64,000 nucleotides of DNA, taken from Meyerozyma guilliermondii. Taxonomy: Eukaryota. The position numbers were made by a program, and so were the translations under genes. A model generated the notes under the pieces. That model had not been told where the DNA came from. It made no database searches and was given only the letters and a program-made list of their open reading frames with translations. Of this stretch, positions 8,724 to 19,269 are shown in pieces; position 1 is the stretch's first letter; each line of letters starts with the position of its first letter. The stretch spans positions 682,001 through 746,000 of the forward strand of contig CP128815.1 in the NCBI GenBank assembly GCA_051546255.1, in the 5' to 3' direction.

Positions 8724-10525
8724 AAGCCCATGTCTTCATACCCACTACTGACGAATGCCTGGTGAAGGAATGCATTCCACATTCTCTTTTCTTTGTTGCT
8801 AGCCTTCTTCTTGCCTGCTTTTGCAAGTTTGCGACCGTATTTCATCCATTGGTCAACCGTGAGTGGTGACATTTGGTGGTCTTTATCGTCGGTAGTGTAC
8901 TCAATTTCGTAGCCGAATTTTTTATCTCCCTTATTTATAGCTTTCAAATCGGCGTAGTATTGAACATACCTCGTAGGCGTGAATGCTTGAGGCACATAAG
9001 CCGGGCCCAATGGGAGATCTTTGGGCATTTTAGGCGGGAATGTCTTATCGCGCTTTAATGTATGCAAATCGTTATCGTCATGATTTTCATTATTTTGCAA
9101 CAATTGTTCAAGTCCCGAGAAAAACTCGTCCCAGGGAGCATATTCAATGTCACTTTTGGTGTCCAACCCTGTGGTGTTGTATTCCCAAACCCTAATTCCT
9201 GGGTTGAATGTAGGTACAATACTGGCGGTTACGTGAGCGACAGCGTACCGTTCTGAGAATTCACCCTGTTTCTTTCTCCTGGAAATGTCACGATATACTT
9301 CATCACGAATCGTTTCCATGTATCTGACCTTGTTGTTGGGAATTCCACCGGCAATTCGAACGTCATTGAACGATGAAAATTTTGGAAGTTGGTCGAAATT
9401 TCCATCAATTGAGTCGTCCCAAATGGAGTACCCTAATCTTCGGTATGAACCTTCTAAAGAGTCGTCTTCAAAAGAGACCTCTTCATCTGCAAAAGGAACT
9501 TGTACACCGCCGTACTTTGCATCGAGAGACTTGTATGCTGCTTTTGCATCCAAAGGTATAAAATGGTCAATGTTCATATGGCCATAAAGTCCTCCAACAA
9601 TGACATCTCTGTACTCGTGGGTCCACATAATGTACTTTCGAAGGCACGAGATATCATAGTTTTTCTCGTTGGGAGGAACATGGCCGGAAAGCCATACTTT
9701 CATTTTGCGAGCTCGCATTTCTTTGAGAACATACCCAAGCCATTTAAAGAGCATGTAACCTGGCTCTTTCTTACGATCACAGTTGTCCACCAATGGATTG
9801 GACTGGAAGAGGTACAAGGTGTTGATCGACAAAACTGCCAATTTGTTAGGAATCACTTCCTTGAAGAAATATGCACCCCGGCTGAAAACATGGAGTTGTT
9901 CTGGCGGAATGAAAGGTTGCCAAATTTTGAACATTTCTCGTGTTTGCAACGTAGGACCCTTGGCAAACAAATTGTGAGGATACACATCATTATTTCCCAA
10001 CGAGGGCACCACGGGAATTCCCAATGGAGAACCATAGTTGTTGTCGGACCGAAAGGTATCAACGACATAATCACTGACCAATTGATTCATATCAAATATA
10101 TGTGTCTCTGTACGAGGGTACCGTCTATCGTTGTCGTGACGAATGTTGTCTCCCGTCCAGACCACAAAGTCGATTTTGTCTCGAAGATGTTTTGAAATCC
10201 ATGCTAAAGTTTCGTTCATGAGAATCATCGGACTGTCACAACCAGAAACCGCATCGCCGTATTTTCCAGCATCTCCTTTTTTTGCGTCTTTGTCCTTTCC
10301 TACGTGGCAGAGCTCCAGCTGGAACGCCCCTTCCTCATAGTACGGATCTGGATGCATATCTGTTATGTGAAGAAATCTGCCATGAAGTTTGTGATTATTG
10401 GACAAGGTAATCGGGGTTGTTTCCGTAAGTCCTAGTTCAGCCAACGACAATGGTGTCTCCTGCGTAATGTGTGCAGCACAAGCAACCGCCATACAGCTCC
10501 ATTGCAACACTTGGGGCACTCTCAT
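8717..10525 (-). CDS. PPN1: Vacuolar endopolyphosphatase (calcineurin-like metallophosphoesterase)
   Basis: LHGRFLHITDMHPD, WTGDNIRHDNDR, LGNNDVYPHN, GHMNIDHF motifs; linked to YOX1/YHP1 and RPS18 as in S. cerevisiae. Confidence 0.95.
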   Translation of the reverse strand: MRVPQVLQWSCMAVACAAHITQETPLSLAELGLTETTPITLSNNHKLHGRFLHITDMHPDPYYEEGAFQLELCHVGKDKDAKKGDAGKYGDAVSGCDSPMILMNETLAWISKHLRDKIDFVVWTGDNIRHDNDRRYPRTETHIFDMNQLVSDYVVDTFRSDNNYGSPLGIPVVPSLGNNDVYPHNLFAKGPTLQTREMFKIWQPFIPPEQLHVFSRGAYFFKEVIPNKLAVLSINTLYLFQSNPLVDNCDRKKEPGYMLFKWLGYVLKEMRARKMKVWLSGHVPPNEKNYDISCLRKYIMWTHEYRDVIVGGLYGHMNIDHFIPLDAKAAYKSLDAKYGGVQVPFADEEVSFEDDSLEGSYRRLGYSIWDDSIDGNFDQLPKFSSFNDVRIAGGIPNNKVRYMETIRDEVYRDISRRKKQGEFSERYAVAHVTASIVPTFNPGIRVWEYNTTGLDTKSDIEYAPWDEFFSGLEQLLQNNENHDDNDLHTLKRDKTFPPKMPKDLPLGPAYVPQAFTPTRYVQYYADLKAINKGDKKFGYEIEYTTDDKDHQMSPLTVDQWMKYGRKLAKAGKKKASNKEKRMWNAFLHQAFVSSGYEDMGLG

Positions 10526-10867
10526 GGACTGTGGGGTCGAGTAGAAACGGTATAATCGCTAAAAGAAGAATGGAATACCTTACATAATCCACGTGCCGGA
10601 CAAGATGGTGTGAGTTGCACACGCCAACGAAGGTAATTATTCGCATGCGGTAATCAATTTACCGTATGGGGAGGGGTGATACGCGATTGGCGCGAAGGCA
10701 AAACACAACAAAGGAAAAGTGATGGAAATGAACGGAAGCAAGTGATCCAAACTCCGGCGGGTAACTTAAGTAACATTAGCTGTGATTATTATGATTGGTG
10801 ATGTTATGATTAACTGTCTATGATTGACTAGATCGACTAATTTTTTACCATTCATCGCCCATTATTG

Positions 10868-10907
10868 CCACTTCTATTATTACCACTTCTATTATTACCA
10901 CTTCTAT
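10868..10907 (+). repeat. 15-bp tandem repeat (CCACTTCTATTATTA) x ~2.7
   Basis: Directly visible; produces the spurious LPLLL N-terminus of the ORF-track model. Confidence 0.85.
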
Positions 10908-10983
10908 TCTTCCTGTCCCGTCATCGCTTTTTCTTCTTTTGGACAATCGTCTATTATCCCCTTTCGTTAAACTATTACCGGAT

Positions 10984-11050
10984 CGCGAAAACTTTGCATT
11001 ATTACCTGCGTCCGCGACGACCCCTGGCGCGACCGCGAATTTCGCGTCGC
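10984..11050. promoter_or_regulatory. SCB/MCB-like cell-cycle elements upstream of YOX1
   Basis: CGCGAAA at 10984-10990; palindrome CGCGAATTTCGCG at 11034-11046. Confidence 0.55.
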
Positions 11051-11122
11051 TTGTTTACCATTCACTCCACCCACATAAAAACTGCTGCTGATCCTCCCAC
11101 ATCCAATATTCGTTGCTGTGCC

Positions 11123-12163
11123 ATGCTGATGCCCTTAGCCACCCCAAAAAGGCCTGTGTTACCTCCAACGCCTAGCGTGGGCAAACCAAGTCTTCCTCCA
11201 TTGTCTACCATACTTTCTTCTACACCATATCCCAGCAAGTTACCCTCGTTTGACTCCCTTGATTGGTCCACCAAAAGCCCATCGAAACGCGTGGGTCCCG
11301 TGCACCGGTCGCTCTCGAGCTCTGAGAGCCACAGCCCCACATCGGCAACTTCTGAAGTACCTATGGTTCCCACTGAAAAATCCACCAAATCTTCCAATTC
11401 CAAAGCGTTTGCATTCATTTCCCATTCTCCTGCCACTTATCCTTCGCAGGAACCCAGCATCGACAACGCGCCTCTCGCTAGACGGAAGCGCAGAAGAACT
11501 TCACCCAATGAACTCGCCATTCTCAATCGTGAGTTTCAATCGGGTTCCACCCCCAATAAATTACGTCGTCTCGAAATCGCCAATATGGTGTCGATGACCG
11601 AAAAAGCTGTTCAGATCTGGTTCCAGAACAAACGCCAGGCTTTGCGAAAACAGTCCGCTGTCGAGAAGGAAGTTACAGAGCTTCCTGTCACCCCGGTGCC
11701 TGTCAAGATTGCACCACGCCCATTTGCATCCACCCCAATCAAACCAGAACCGGTTTCCCACACATACCCAACAACCGTGTCTCCTGCGCCTTCTTCAAAC
11801 ACATCAGTGGTGTCGTCAGCATCGTCTTCTCGCTTCTACACCACCCCCAACTCGTCGTTTATTCAAAACGATGATTCGTTCGATAACTCAATTGGGTTGG
11901 TTTTGAACGAAACTAAGAAGAGACAGCCCAGTTCTCTCAATGGCGCAACCGCCACCACCATGACATTCAAATTGGGTCCTGCTCGTCCTTCCACCGCCAA
12001 TATTCTTGCCAATATTGATGATGACGACCTCCCCAGAAAACGCAAGCCATTGGGCCAACTTGATGTCAATCTTCCTCAGAAATTCAAGAAGGAAAGCGAC
12101 GGGGCAATTGAGTCGCTTTTGCATTTGAAATCGGGCAAATGGAGTCAAAAGGTTAATGTATAG
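11123..12163 (+). CDS. YOX1: Homeodomain transcriptional repressor Yox1/Yhp1
   Basis: FAFISHSPATYPSQEPSIDNAPLARRKRRRTS...VQIWFQNKRQ; first ATG at 11123. Confidence 0.92.
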   Translation: MLMPLATPKRPVLPPTPSVGKPSLPPLSTILSSTPYPSKLPSFDSLDWSTKSPSKRVGPVHRSLSSSESHSPTSATSEVPMVPTEKSTKSSNSKAFAFISHSPATYPSQEPSIDNAPLARRKRRRTSPNELAILNREFQSGSTPNKLRRLEIANMVSMTEKAVQIWFQNKRQALRKQSAVEKEVTELPVTPVPVKIAPRPFASTPIKPEPVSHTYPTTVSPAPSSNTSVVSSASSSRFYTTPNSSFIQNDDSFDNSIGLVLNETKKRQPSSLNGATATTMTFKLGPARPSTANILANIDDDDLPRKRKPLGQLDVNLPQKFKKESDGAIESLLHLKSGKWSQKVNV

Positions 12164-12353
12164 ACGAATTAATGATATGTGAGAGAGAGTAGAAATTAAT
12201 AGAATGGTTGAATTCAGCCTGTGGTGAAAGTAAGACTCAGCAAGAAATGAGCTCTACCCAATTCACACCTTCGTACACCTTTTCTTCCTTTACTTCTTAC
12301 TGCCTCTTTCTCTACACTCTTTTTCCTTCATCTTATTAATGCTATGAAGCTAT

Positions 12354-12791
12354 TTAACGACCACGAGAAGTAGTCTTGGTGTGTTGACCTCTGACCTTCA
12401 ATCCCCAGAAGTGTCTGATACCACGGTGAGCTCTGATCTTCTTCAATCTCTCCAAGTCATCTCTCAACTTGGACTCCATGTTGTTAGCCAACACATGGTA
12501 GTCCTTACCGTCAACTTGGTCTTTTTGTCTGTTCAAGAACCAAGCTGGGATCTTATAGTTGGTTGGGTTTTGCATGATGGTGACAATTCTCTCCAACTCT
12601 TCTTGGGTCAATTCACCGGCACGCTTTTTCAAGTCGACATCGGCCTTCTTACAAACCAAGTTGGAGTAACGACGACCAACACCTCTAATTTTGGTCAAAG
12701 CATACATGATCTTGATTCTACCATCGATGTTGGTGTTCAACAAACGCAAGATGTGCTGGAAGGAACCTTCCTCTTGGACAACTAATGACAT
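12354..12791 (-). CDS. RPS18: 40S ribosomal protein S18 (uS13), intronless
   Basis: [24 protein letters not shown]...RGQHTKTT. Confidence 0.99.
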   Translation of the reverse strand: MSLVVQEEGSFQHILRLLNTNIDGRIKIMYALTKIRGVGRRYSNLVCKKADVDLKKRAGELTQEELERIVTIMQNPTNYKIPAWFLNRQKDQVDGKDYHVLANNMESKLRDDLERLKKIRAHRGIRHFWGLKVRGQHTKTTSRGR

Positions 12792-12867
12792 GTTTCTGTT
12801 GAAGTTGAAGGAGTCTCAAAACTTTTTTCGAGTATTTTTCACCGTGCGAGCACCGGTCACGAGACGG

Positions 12868-12902
12868 AGCCCTGTACGCGCGCACGTGATATGGTTAGGG
12901 CT
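12868..12902. promoter_or_regulatory. Tbf1-Cbf1-Tbf1-like module upstream of RPS18
   Basis: AGCCCT 12868-12873, CACGTG 12883-12888, TTAGGGCT 12895-12902. Confidence 0.65.
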
Positions 12903-12983
12903 CAATGACGAACTACATTAAACCCACTGAAGCTATAGTTGTAAGGGTAGATATTCTTTTGACTTTATTATCGTGTCGTCTAT

Positions 12984-13694
12984 TTACATGTATTTTCCAA
13001 TCATCCACTTCAAGGCATCTGCCTCAATGTATATACGATTGGCTTTGAGAAGGTCGCGAACTTGAACCGCTTCTTTGACAATCACATCACCTTTAGTTCC
13101 CAAATATTCCGTAGATTCTAATAAGTTTGTTCTTTGCTCATTGGTGATAAACAAGAGGTGTAATTTATCCAAGCTGTGGGCTTCGACAAATTGTTTGGTC
13201 GCATCTTGGTGAGCATATTTGAAATCGACTCCATCTTCCACGATAAAAATATTTCCTTTACGGTACTGATCAGATATAGCAGTCTTTACTGCCTTGTTGT
13301 AGATCTTTCTGGGCAAGTCCGTAGACCAGTCATGAGGTGCTTTGATACCGTGGGCTTTAATTTCATTGTCTCGAATGGGAGAGTTGGCATCTCCTACACG
13401 AGCCCTTCCGGTACCTTTTTGAGGATGAAGTTTGCGATTAGAGTATAGTTTGTCGCTCTTTGTAGGCACGTATCCTGACCCGACTCTGGCACCATCAGCT
13501 TCATAAACTACTGCACTCCATAATATATCTCTTCGGAATGGAGCATCGAAAAACGATGCTGGAAGTGGGACAAAGGTTTTAGGTTCTAACGATGGGAAGC
13601 TACGAAGCGATCCCAACGTATACTTTGGTGGTTTGGCTACGCCGAAGCCAGAAACCGTGCCGGACGTGGCTAATTGGCGGATCTGTTTAAACAT
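12984..13694 (-). CDS. YML6: Mitochondrial ribosomal protein uL4m
   Basis: RKLHPQKGTGRARVGDANSPIR L4 motif; YOX1-RPS18-YML6 gene order conserved. Confidence 0.93.
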   Translation of the reverse strand: MFKQIRQLATSGTVSGFGVAKPPKYTLGSLRSFPSLEPKTFVPLPASFFDAPFRRDILWSAVVYEADGARVGSGYVPTKSDKLYSNRKLHPQKGTGRARVGDANSPIRDNEIKAHGIKAPHDWSTDLPRKIYNKAVKTAISDQYRKGNIFIVEDGVDFKYAHQDATKQFVEAHSLDKLHLLFITNEQRTNLLESTEYLGTKGDVIVKEAVQVRDLLKANRIYIEADALKWMIGKYM

Positions 13695-13947
13695 TTGTGG
13701 AAATGTGAAAGCACCTGTGGTGAAAAATCGACGAAAAAAGTGATGATATTGCTCAATTTTGTATCACGGCTTATCCAGAGGCTCTTCTGAACCTTTTACA
13801 GTATCGTACGATGTGCTTCCGTGCTTATGGTGCCCAAATGCTAACCAATCGTCAAGCACAAATCGATACTTCATCGCTCACTTCGCACCAGTAAACTTGA
13901 GCGGGACACTACGGTATACAAGATATCTTTCATTGAAGTCATAAAAT

Positions 13948-15918
13948 CTATTTCTGGTTGCTGGATGGCTCGTTTCTAGACGGTTCCTCCTCTTCGTCGT
14001 CACTTACCACCACAAAGTCGTCGATTGGTGATGCTGATGACATCTCAATGTCTTCGTAGCGTCCTTGAACTGGGGCATATGCTCCATCCAGATTACCTTT
14101 GAATTTGTTTAATGCTTTAGCAAAAATGCCATGTGGTTGTACACGCACCTGATCGTCCTCCTGGAATCTGCGGAGCTGATCCGCCCATTGCACATTCTTC
14201 TTTTTACCTGTTGGACCTGATTTGATAATCAGTGATGGCCGCGACTTGTAGGAGGAATAAAGTGCATATATGCCCCACAAGAGAACAATGATGACGAGTA
14301 ATTGTATAGCCCGCTCGATCTTATGCGATGTGTTGTTATCACCGTCGGCTTCATTGGCAGTCGCAGATGCTTGAGCCGAAGCGGACGAAGAGCCTGAAGC
14401 CAATGCAGTAGCAGAGATTTCGGACGGAATTGATGAAGTTGATGCTGGTTTTTTGTCGCTCTGCTTGGCTTGTCCACGAGTTCCCAACTTGTATGTCAAG
14501 ATCTTGTCATCTTTAATGTCAAAATTACCGGTGACCAAGTCCATTAAACTCCGTGATGTGTCAGGCAAATCAAAGGGCACCATATGCGAAGAGTTGAAAA
14601 CGTTCACAAACGTCAAGTTTCTTGAATTTCGAACGTATCCCGCAAGATTACCATCAAAGTTCCAATCAAATACATTATCGTCGTCCCATCCTTTCTGGCC
14701 ATTCCACTCCAACTCCTTGATGAACGCTTCGGTACCTATATAGTTGCAAATGATATCTCTGTTACCATTGAACAACAAAATAGGCACATCTTCCAAAAGG
14801 GAAGGAAGAAGATGGACTGCCGGTTTGGACCGCTGTGCAACAAAGTTTCTGCCTACTCTCCCCGAACATTCAAGCCATGGCTTCTTATGCACGAGATTCA
14901 ACTGAGATTGAACTCCAGGAATGTTGAGGAAAGGTTTCACATTGACCAAGTCAGGAGGCCAGTTCATTCCGCACGAAGGAAATTCATCTCGCAAAGTGTA
15001 GTCATACATGTTAACACACTGTTGATCAGCGGGCGCATCTCTATCCCTAGCCACTTCCAACAATGTATTTAAAACTTGGTCACAAACGTCAGAAACCACC
15101 TTGTAATCAGAAACGCTATCGTCTTGCGTGTTAACCAGGTTAACCACGTTCTGGCACCGTTCCTGCAGTGCCAAGAGTCGCGACCAGCCAGGCATCGATG
15201 GTGATACAAATCCGGCCTGAAGAGCATATTGAACGTAAGATAAGCTTTGTTCGTTGGGAGCTATCCAACCATTACCGATCAAGAGTCCGCGAAGATCGTA
15301 AGGTGACTCACCAGCCTTCAAGTTTTTGTTGCGCTTAAGGATACCATCGGCGATGTATGGAATGTACTGTCCAGCATAACTTTCTCCCGCAAAAAATATT
15401 TGGTTTTGACGGTCTTCAGGGAAAACTTCGAAATACTTTTCCAAGAATTTGAGAAAATGAACACTGACATCCGGCAATTCGTGCTCATATTCGTCCGAGT
15501 AACTAAATCCGGTGCCAGCTGGTTGGTCAACAAATACTATGTCGCCGGCTTTATGCCACGATCCGTTATTGTAAACTATTTCTTTGTCGTCATTGACACG
15601 GAAGGGACCGGCTTCCATCAACGCACCGTCCATAGATGAGCACCCTGGACCACCATTCAACCAGAATATCGTTCTTCTCTCTGCTTCTGCAATGGGATTT
15701 GGATTTACAAACTTCCAAAAGTAATAGTGGGTATTATTCTCGGGAAACAATTCAAGTTGTCCTGAAAACATGATTGGAATCTCTTCCTTGGGTAGATTCA
15801 GATACATTCCCGGTAGGCTGGTAACAAAGTATTTGCTCCTCTCGCTACTACCGGCCCTGGGAGATGCCCCTAATGCTAACGCTACCTGTATAAGTACCAA
15901 AATGGCGTGGAAGAACAT
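13948..15918 (-). CDS. KEX1: Golgi serine carboxypeptidase (carboxypeptidase D)
   Basis: Signal peptide, WLNGGPGCSSMDG, GESYAGQY, HMVPFD, single TM and acidic tail. Confidence 0.93.
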   Translation of the reverse strand: MFFHAILVLIQVALALGASPRAGSSERSKYFVTSLPGMYLNLPKEEIPIMFSGQLELFPENNTHYYFWKFVNPNPIAEAERRTIFWLNGGPGCSSMDGALMEAGPFRVNDDKEIVYNNGSWHKAGDIVFVDQPAGTGFSYSDEYEHELPDVSVHFLKFLEKYFEVFPEDRQNQIFFAGESYAGQYIPYIADGILKRNKNLKAGESPYDLRGLLIGNGWIAPNEQSLSYVQYALQAGFVSPSMPGWSRLLALQERCQNVVNLVNTQDDSVSDYKVVSDVCDQVLNTLLEVARDRDAPADQQCVNMYDYTLRDEFPSCGMNWPPDLVNVKPFLNIPGVQSQLNLVHKKPWLECSGRVGRNFVAQRSKPAVHLLPSLLEDVPILLFNGNRDIICNYIGTEAFIKELEWNGQKGWDDDNVFDWNFDGNLAGYVRNSRNLTFVNVFNSSHMVPFDLPDTSRSLMDLVTGNFDIKDDKILTYKLGTRGQAKQSDKKPASTSSIPSEISATALASGSSSASAQASATANEADGDNNTSHKIERAIQLLVIIVLLWGIYALYSSYKSRPSLIIKSGPTGKKKNVQWADQLRRFQEDDQVRVQPHGIFAKALNKFKGNLDGAYAPVQGRYEDIEMSSASPIDDFVVVSDDEEEEPSRNEPSSNQK

Positions 15919-16268
15919 GGCAGCTGAATGATATGAAAAAGAAAAAATGAGTTTTGGTGCAATCTGAGTGACTTGAATTCAGTTTTAGGGTATGAGTGAG
16001 CAGCCAGCTACACTCGCGTACCCGATTTGTGCGTTGAAAATACAGTGTATGTCAACAAAAATGTAGTAGAAAGTGTACCCTTTGTTACAAACGATCCCAA
16101 ACCTCAGAAAAAAACGTGTACACACCTGGGTTGTATGCAGTCCGTCGCTTTGCGAAGGAAAGTTGCAGCCACCAGATCACTTGGTTTTGGCAACAATAAA
16201 CTGAATGAACTTATTTTCATTTTATTCAAAACATCAACTATAAACTTATAGACCTCATTCATCATAGC

Positions 16269-17210
16269 TTACTTGAAGGTGAGAGGGTTTTTCTCAAAGA
16301 ACTCTTCAATAGTAGTAAGCTTTCCATGAGCCTGCTTCGACCAGTTGTCCACTTGTTTCTTCAGATCTGGTCCATAGTAGCCAAATTCGACAATAAGTTG
16401 AAAAAAATCGTTCAAAACATCAGCGAATGGTTTCAAGAAAGGAGGAACGTTTTCCTTAAACTGCTCCACAGTAGCTTGGTGGTATGTGATCGTCTTTCCG
16501 GAGACCTTGGCAATTCGGGCAACTATATCTTCAACCTTGTATACCCCTTCAGCACTAGCTACAAACTGCTCAGAAAACTTCTCTGGGTTCTCAAGAATGG
16601 CGCCAATAAACTTTCCGGTGTCGTTGATATCAATGATTGGAAGTTCGGTATCGGGCTTAAACCGGCCAAAAATGCCGTATGTGCCATCACCGAGAGGCTT
16701 GGGAGCAAGTTGACTCTGGTAATTTTGCATGAATGATCCGGGAGAATAATAAATTCCGGTGATGGGCTGAGATTTGATATAGTCCATAACTCCACTCTTT
16801 CCTCCGTATATGGAAACATGTTTGTACTTTCCATGGCTGATCTTGTCGGGATCTGGAGCAGAAGACCAGATAAAGTACTTGGCACCAGCTTCAATTGCTG
16901 CGTCAACGATACTTTTACCTTGTTTGACTTCCTCCTCAGTACCTTTAACAGGATCATAAACTGAAAGAGTCACTCCAAAAACAACAAAAGCGCCTGACAC
17001 TGCTGCTTTCAAAGACGAGGCATCGTTGAAATCTCCCTTGACTACCTCCACACCTCTTTCCTTGAATGATGAAAGTTTTGGATTTGAAGGGTCCCGAGTA
17101 ACCGCTCTGATCTTAAATTGCTTTGACAATTCAGGATCGTCAAGAACATGTGAAATTGCTGACCCACCTTGCTGGCCAGTAGCACCGAATACGACAAAAA
17201 GCTTAGACAT
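16269..17210 (-). CDS. NmrA-like NAD(P)-binding family protein
   Basis: VVFGATGQQGGSA Rossmann motif, IRAVTRDP, EVVKGD, DINDTGKF; likely start at ATG 17210. Confidence 0.9.
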   Translation of the reverse strand: MSKLFVVFGATGQQGGSAISHVLDDPELSKQFKIRAVTRDPSNPKLSSFKERGVEVVKGDFNDASSLKAAVSGAFVVFGVTLSVYDPVKGTEEEVKQGKSIVDAAIEAGAKYFIWSSAPDPDKISHGKYKHVSIYGGKSGVMDYIKSQPITGIYYSPGSFMQNYQSQLAPKPLGDGTYGIFGRFKPDTELPIIDINDTGKFIGAILENPEKFSEQFVASAEGVYKVEDIVARIAKVSGKTITYHQATVEQFKENVPPFLKPFADVLNDFFQLIVEFGYYGPDLKKQVDNWSKQAHGKLTTIEEFFEKNPLTFK

Positions 17211-17540
17211 TATACTTGTTGGAAGAATCAGGAATTGGGTATGTCTTTTATACCCTGGGTTGCTTCGATTATTTCGCAGCCAGTGGTCGCGCGAATTTCC
17301 CAAAGGAGTGATTCGGCCGTCGGGTAAAAACAGGGAATAGTCGCATTAATAATTTGCAGCCGTCAATGCACCACCCTGCGGCTTACTAACATCAAATTTC
17401 AACTTTCCGTAAGGTTCCGAATGAAGTGGAGATATCGGTCGCCACTGAAGATCTAGAGGAAACTATAACCTGAGACTACACAAGAGAAAATCCTAAGGCA
17501 GTTGATTATACCAGTCATATTAATTTTGTCAGCTACTAAC

Positions 17541-19178
17541 TCATACTTTTTCAGCATGTTCAAGCGATAATTTTTCCTTTGGAGTGGCAAGAATATGGAT
17601 GGTAGTATCCGGATCGTCTCCAAACACCTTGGCAACCTCTTCCAAAGTGTAGCCGGATGTTTCGGGAAAGAAGAAGTAAACGATGATGCACTCACAGAAA
17701 TTGACACAACAATAGACGATGTAATATTTCCACGAGATGGCATCCATGGCAATTGGATTTACAAACCCGTTGTAAACCAACACGATTTGATTGACAAGTT
17801 GCATAATGTTGATACCCTTGGCTCTGTGACTGTATGGCAAGATCTCCGTGATGTACAAGAATGGCAAACCATTGACACCAATGTCATACGCACAGTAGTA
17901 GAGGAAAATCATTGCCAAGACACCATTGGCATACGAGTGGTCCTTGAAGTCCTTTTGCTCGTTAACCGCAGACAAGGCGGTCCAGATAACATAGGTGACA
18001 CACATGGCTCCGGTAGAAAATAAGAACAAGGTTCTTCTGCGGAACCGATTGACAACAGCAGCAACTGTCATGGAAATGACCATATTGTAGATCATCAAGC
18101 ATCCGTTAATTTCGAGCTGTTTTTTGGTCTCGGTGATACCAATGGTTATCAACACCTTACTTAAGTAGTAGGAAACAAGACCATTACCAGAAAGTTGCAT
18201 GATGGTGGGAACAAACATACAGATGAAAAGACGTTTTCTGTAAGTTTTGCGCTTAATGAAGTCGGAGTATTTGGTCTTATTTTGGAGTTTCTCCACCTCA
18301 ATGGCCCTCTCGATCTCTCTCATCTCAAATTTGACGAGAGCAACGTCGTCAGGGTGGGTTGAGTTTCCAATGTGGAACTTGGTTAGGATCTTTTCAGCTT
18401 GTTCGAGTTTTCCTTTGCTAATTAGAAATCTGGGTGATTCTGGTACCATCCACATGAATGCAAGCTGAATAGCAGGTAAAGCAGCCTGCAAATAACTAGG
18501 AATTCTCCATGCATAGTTGCCCTTCACGTCCTGAGTCCCATAAGTAACCCAGGCAGCAATAACAGCACCCAAGTACCAGCAGGTGTTGTAGAAGGTGGTA
18601 GCGACCATTCTGTGGGTAGGGTATGCGAGTTCAGAAATAAGCGTAGGACTTCCCACCACAGCCACCATTGAGCCGAAACCCAAGAATAATCTGGCCACGA
18701 GGAAAAAGCCATAGTTTGTCGAAGCACCTTGAAGAATAGCACCAATAACGGTAATCAATTCTCCACCAACAATGGCCCACCATCTTCCAAACCGATCAGA
18801 AATATACGGTGCGATGGGAAGTGCAAGAATACCACCAAAAATCGTACCATTGGACAAAGCTCCCAAGATGTGGCCAGTGGGGTTTCCCATCTTTGTGTGC
18901 CATGAACTCAAAGATTGAAGACCGTTCAACATACTACCATCGTAGCCATTATTGGTGGAGGTAAGAGTCACCAAAAACACACAAATGTTCAAGTAAACGA
19001 GGTGAGAAACACGATACCATGGTCGTGTTTCCCGAATAAACTCGCTGATGGAGTGGTCATCGATTTCAAGGTGGTTGGTGACATCTATACCACTCTCTTG
19101 AGTAGTGATAACCTGCTGTTTTTCAATGCTAGAGTTTGAATCAGTCATTTTCCAGTATGAAGACGAATTGGAAACCAT
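17541..19178 (-). CDS. MFS sugar porter of the lactose permease/cellodextrin transporter type (LAC12/HXT2.x/CDT-like)
   Basis: TNNGYDGSMLNGLQ, SDRFGRW, ISELAYPTHR, VPESPRFL, QLSGNGLVSYY, PETSGYTLEE. Confidence 0.9.
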   Translation of the reverse strand: MVSNSSSYWKMTDSNSSIEKQQVITTQESGIDVTNHLEIDDHSISEFIRETRPWYRVSHLVYLNICVFLVTLTSTNNGYDGSMLNGLQSLSSWHTKMGNPTGHILGALSNGTIFGGILALPIAPYISDRFGRWWAIVGGELITVIGAILQGASTNYGFFLVARLFLGFGSMVAVVGSPTLISELAYPTHRMVATTFYNTCWYLGAVIAAWVTYGTQDVKGNYAWRIPSYLQAALPAIQLAFMWMVPESPRFLISKGKLEQAEKILTKFHIGNSTHPDDVALVKFEMREIERAIEVEKLQNKTKYSDFIKRKTYRKRLFICMFVPTIMQLSGNGLVSYYLSKVLITIGITETKKQLEINGCLMIYNMVISMTVAAVVNRFRRRTLFLFSTGAMCVTYVIWTALSAVNEQKDFKDHSYANGVLAMIFLYYCAYDIGVNGLPFLYITEILPYSHRAKGINIMQLVNQIVLVYNGFVNPIAMDAISWKYYIVYCCVNFCECIIVYFFFPETSGYTLEEVAKVFGDDPDTTIHILATPKEKLSLEHAEKV

Positions 19179-19269
19179 GCCACTATATATAGTAGAGTAA
19201 ACAGGAGGGGTGAGATGTTTTCCGAGCTCTGTCCAAGAAATGATGAGCAGGTCAACTCATAAACCGTAC

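Noticed and set aside
10865..11122. Leu-rich N-terminal extension of YOX1 in the ORF track
   Set aside because: TTG start and derived from a promoter tandem repeat; first ATG is at 11123
13740..13790. GTGATGA...CTGA box pair between YML6 and KEX1 (similar pair at 19240-19316)
   Set aside because: Short or lacking a convincing guide; both lie in promoters and are likely chance matches
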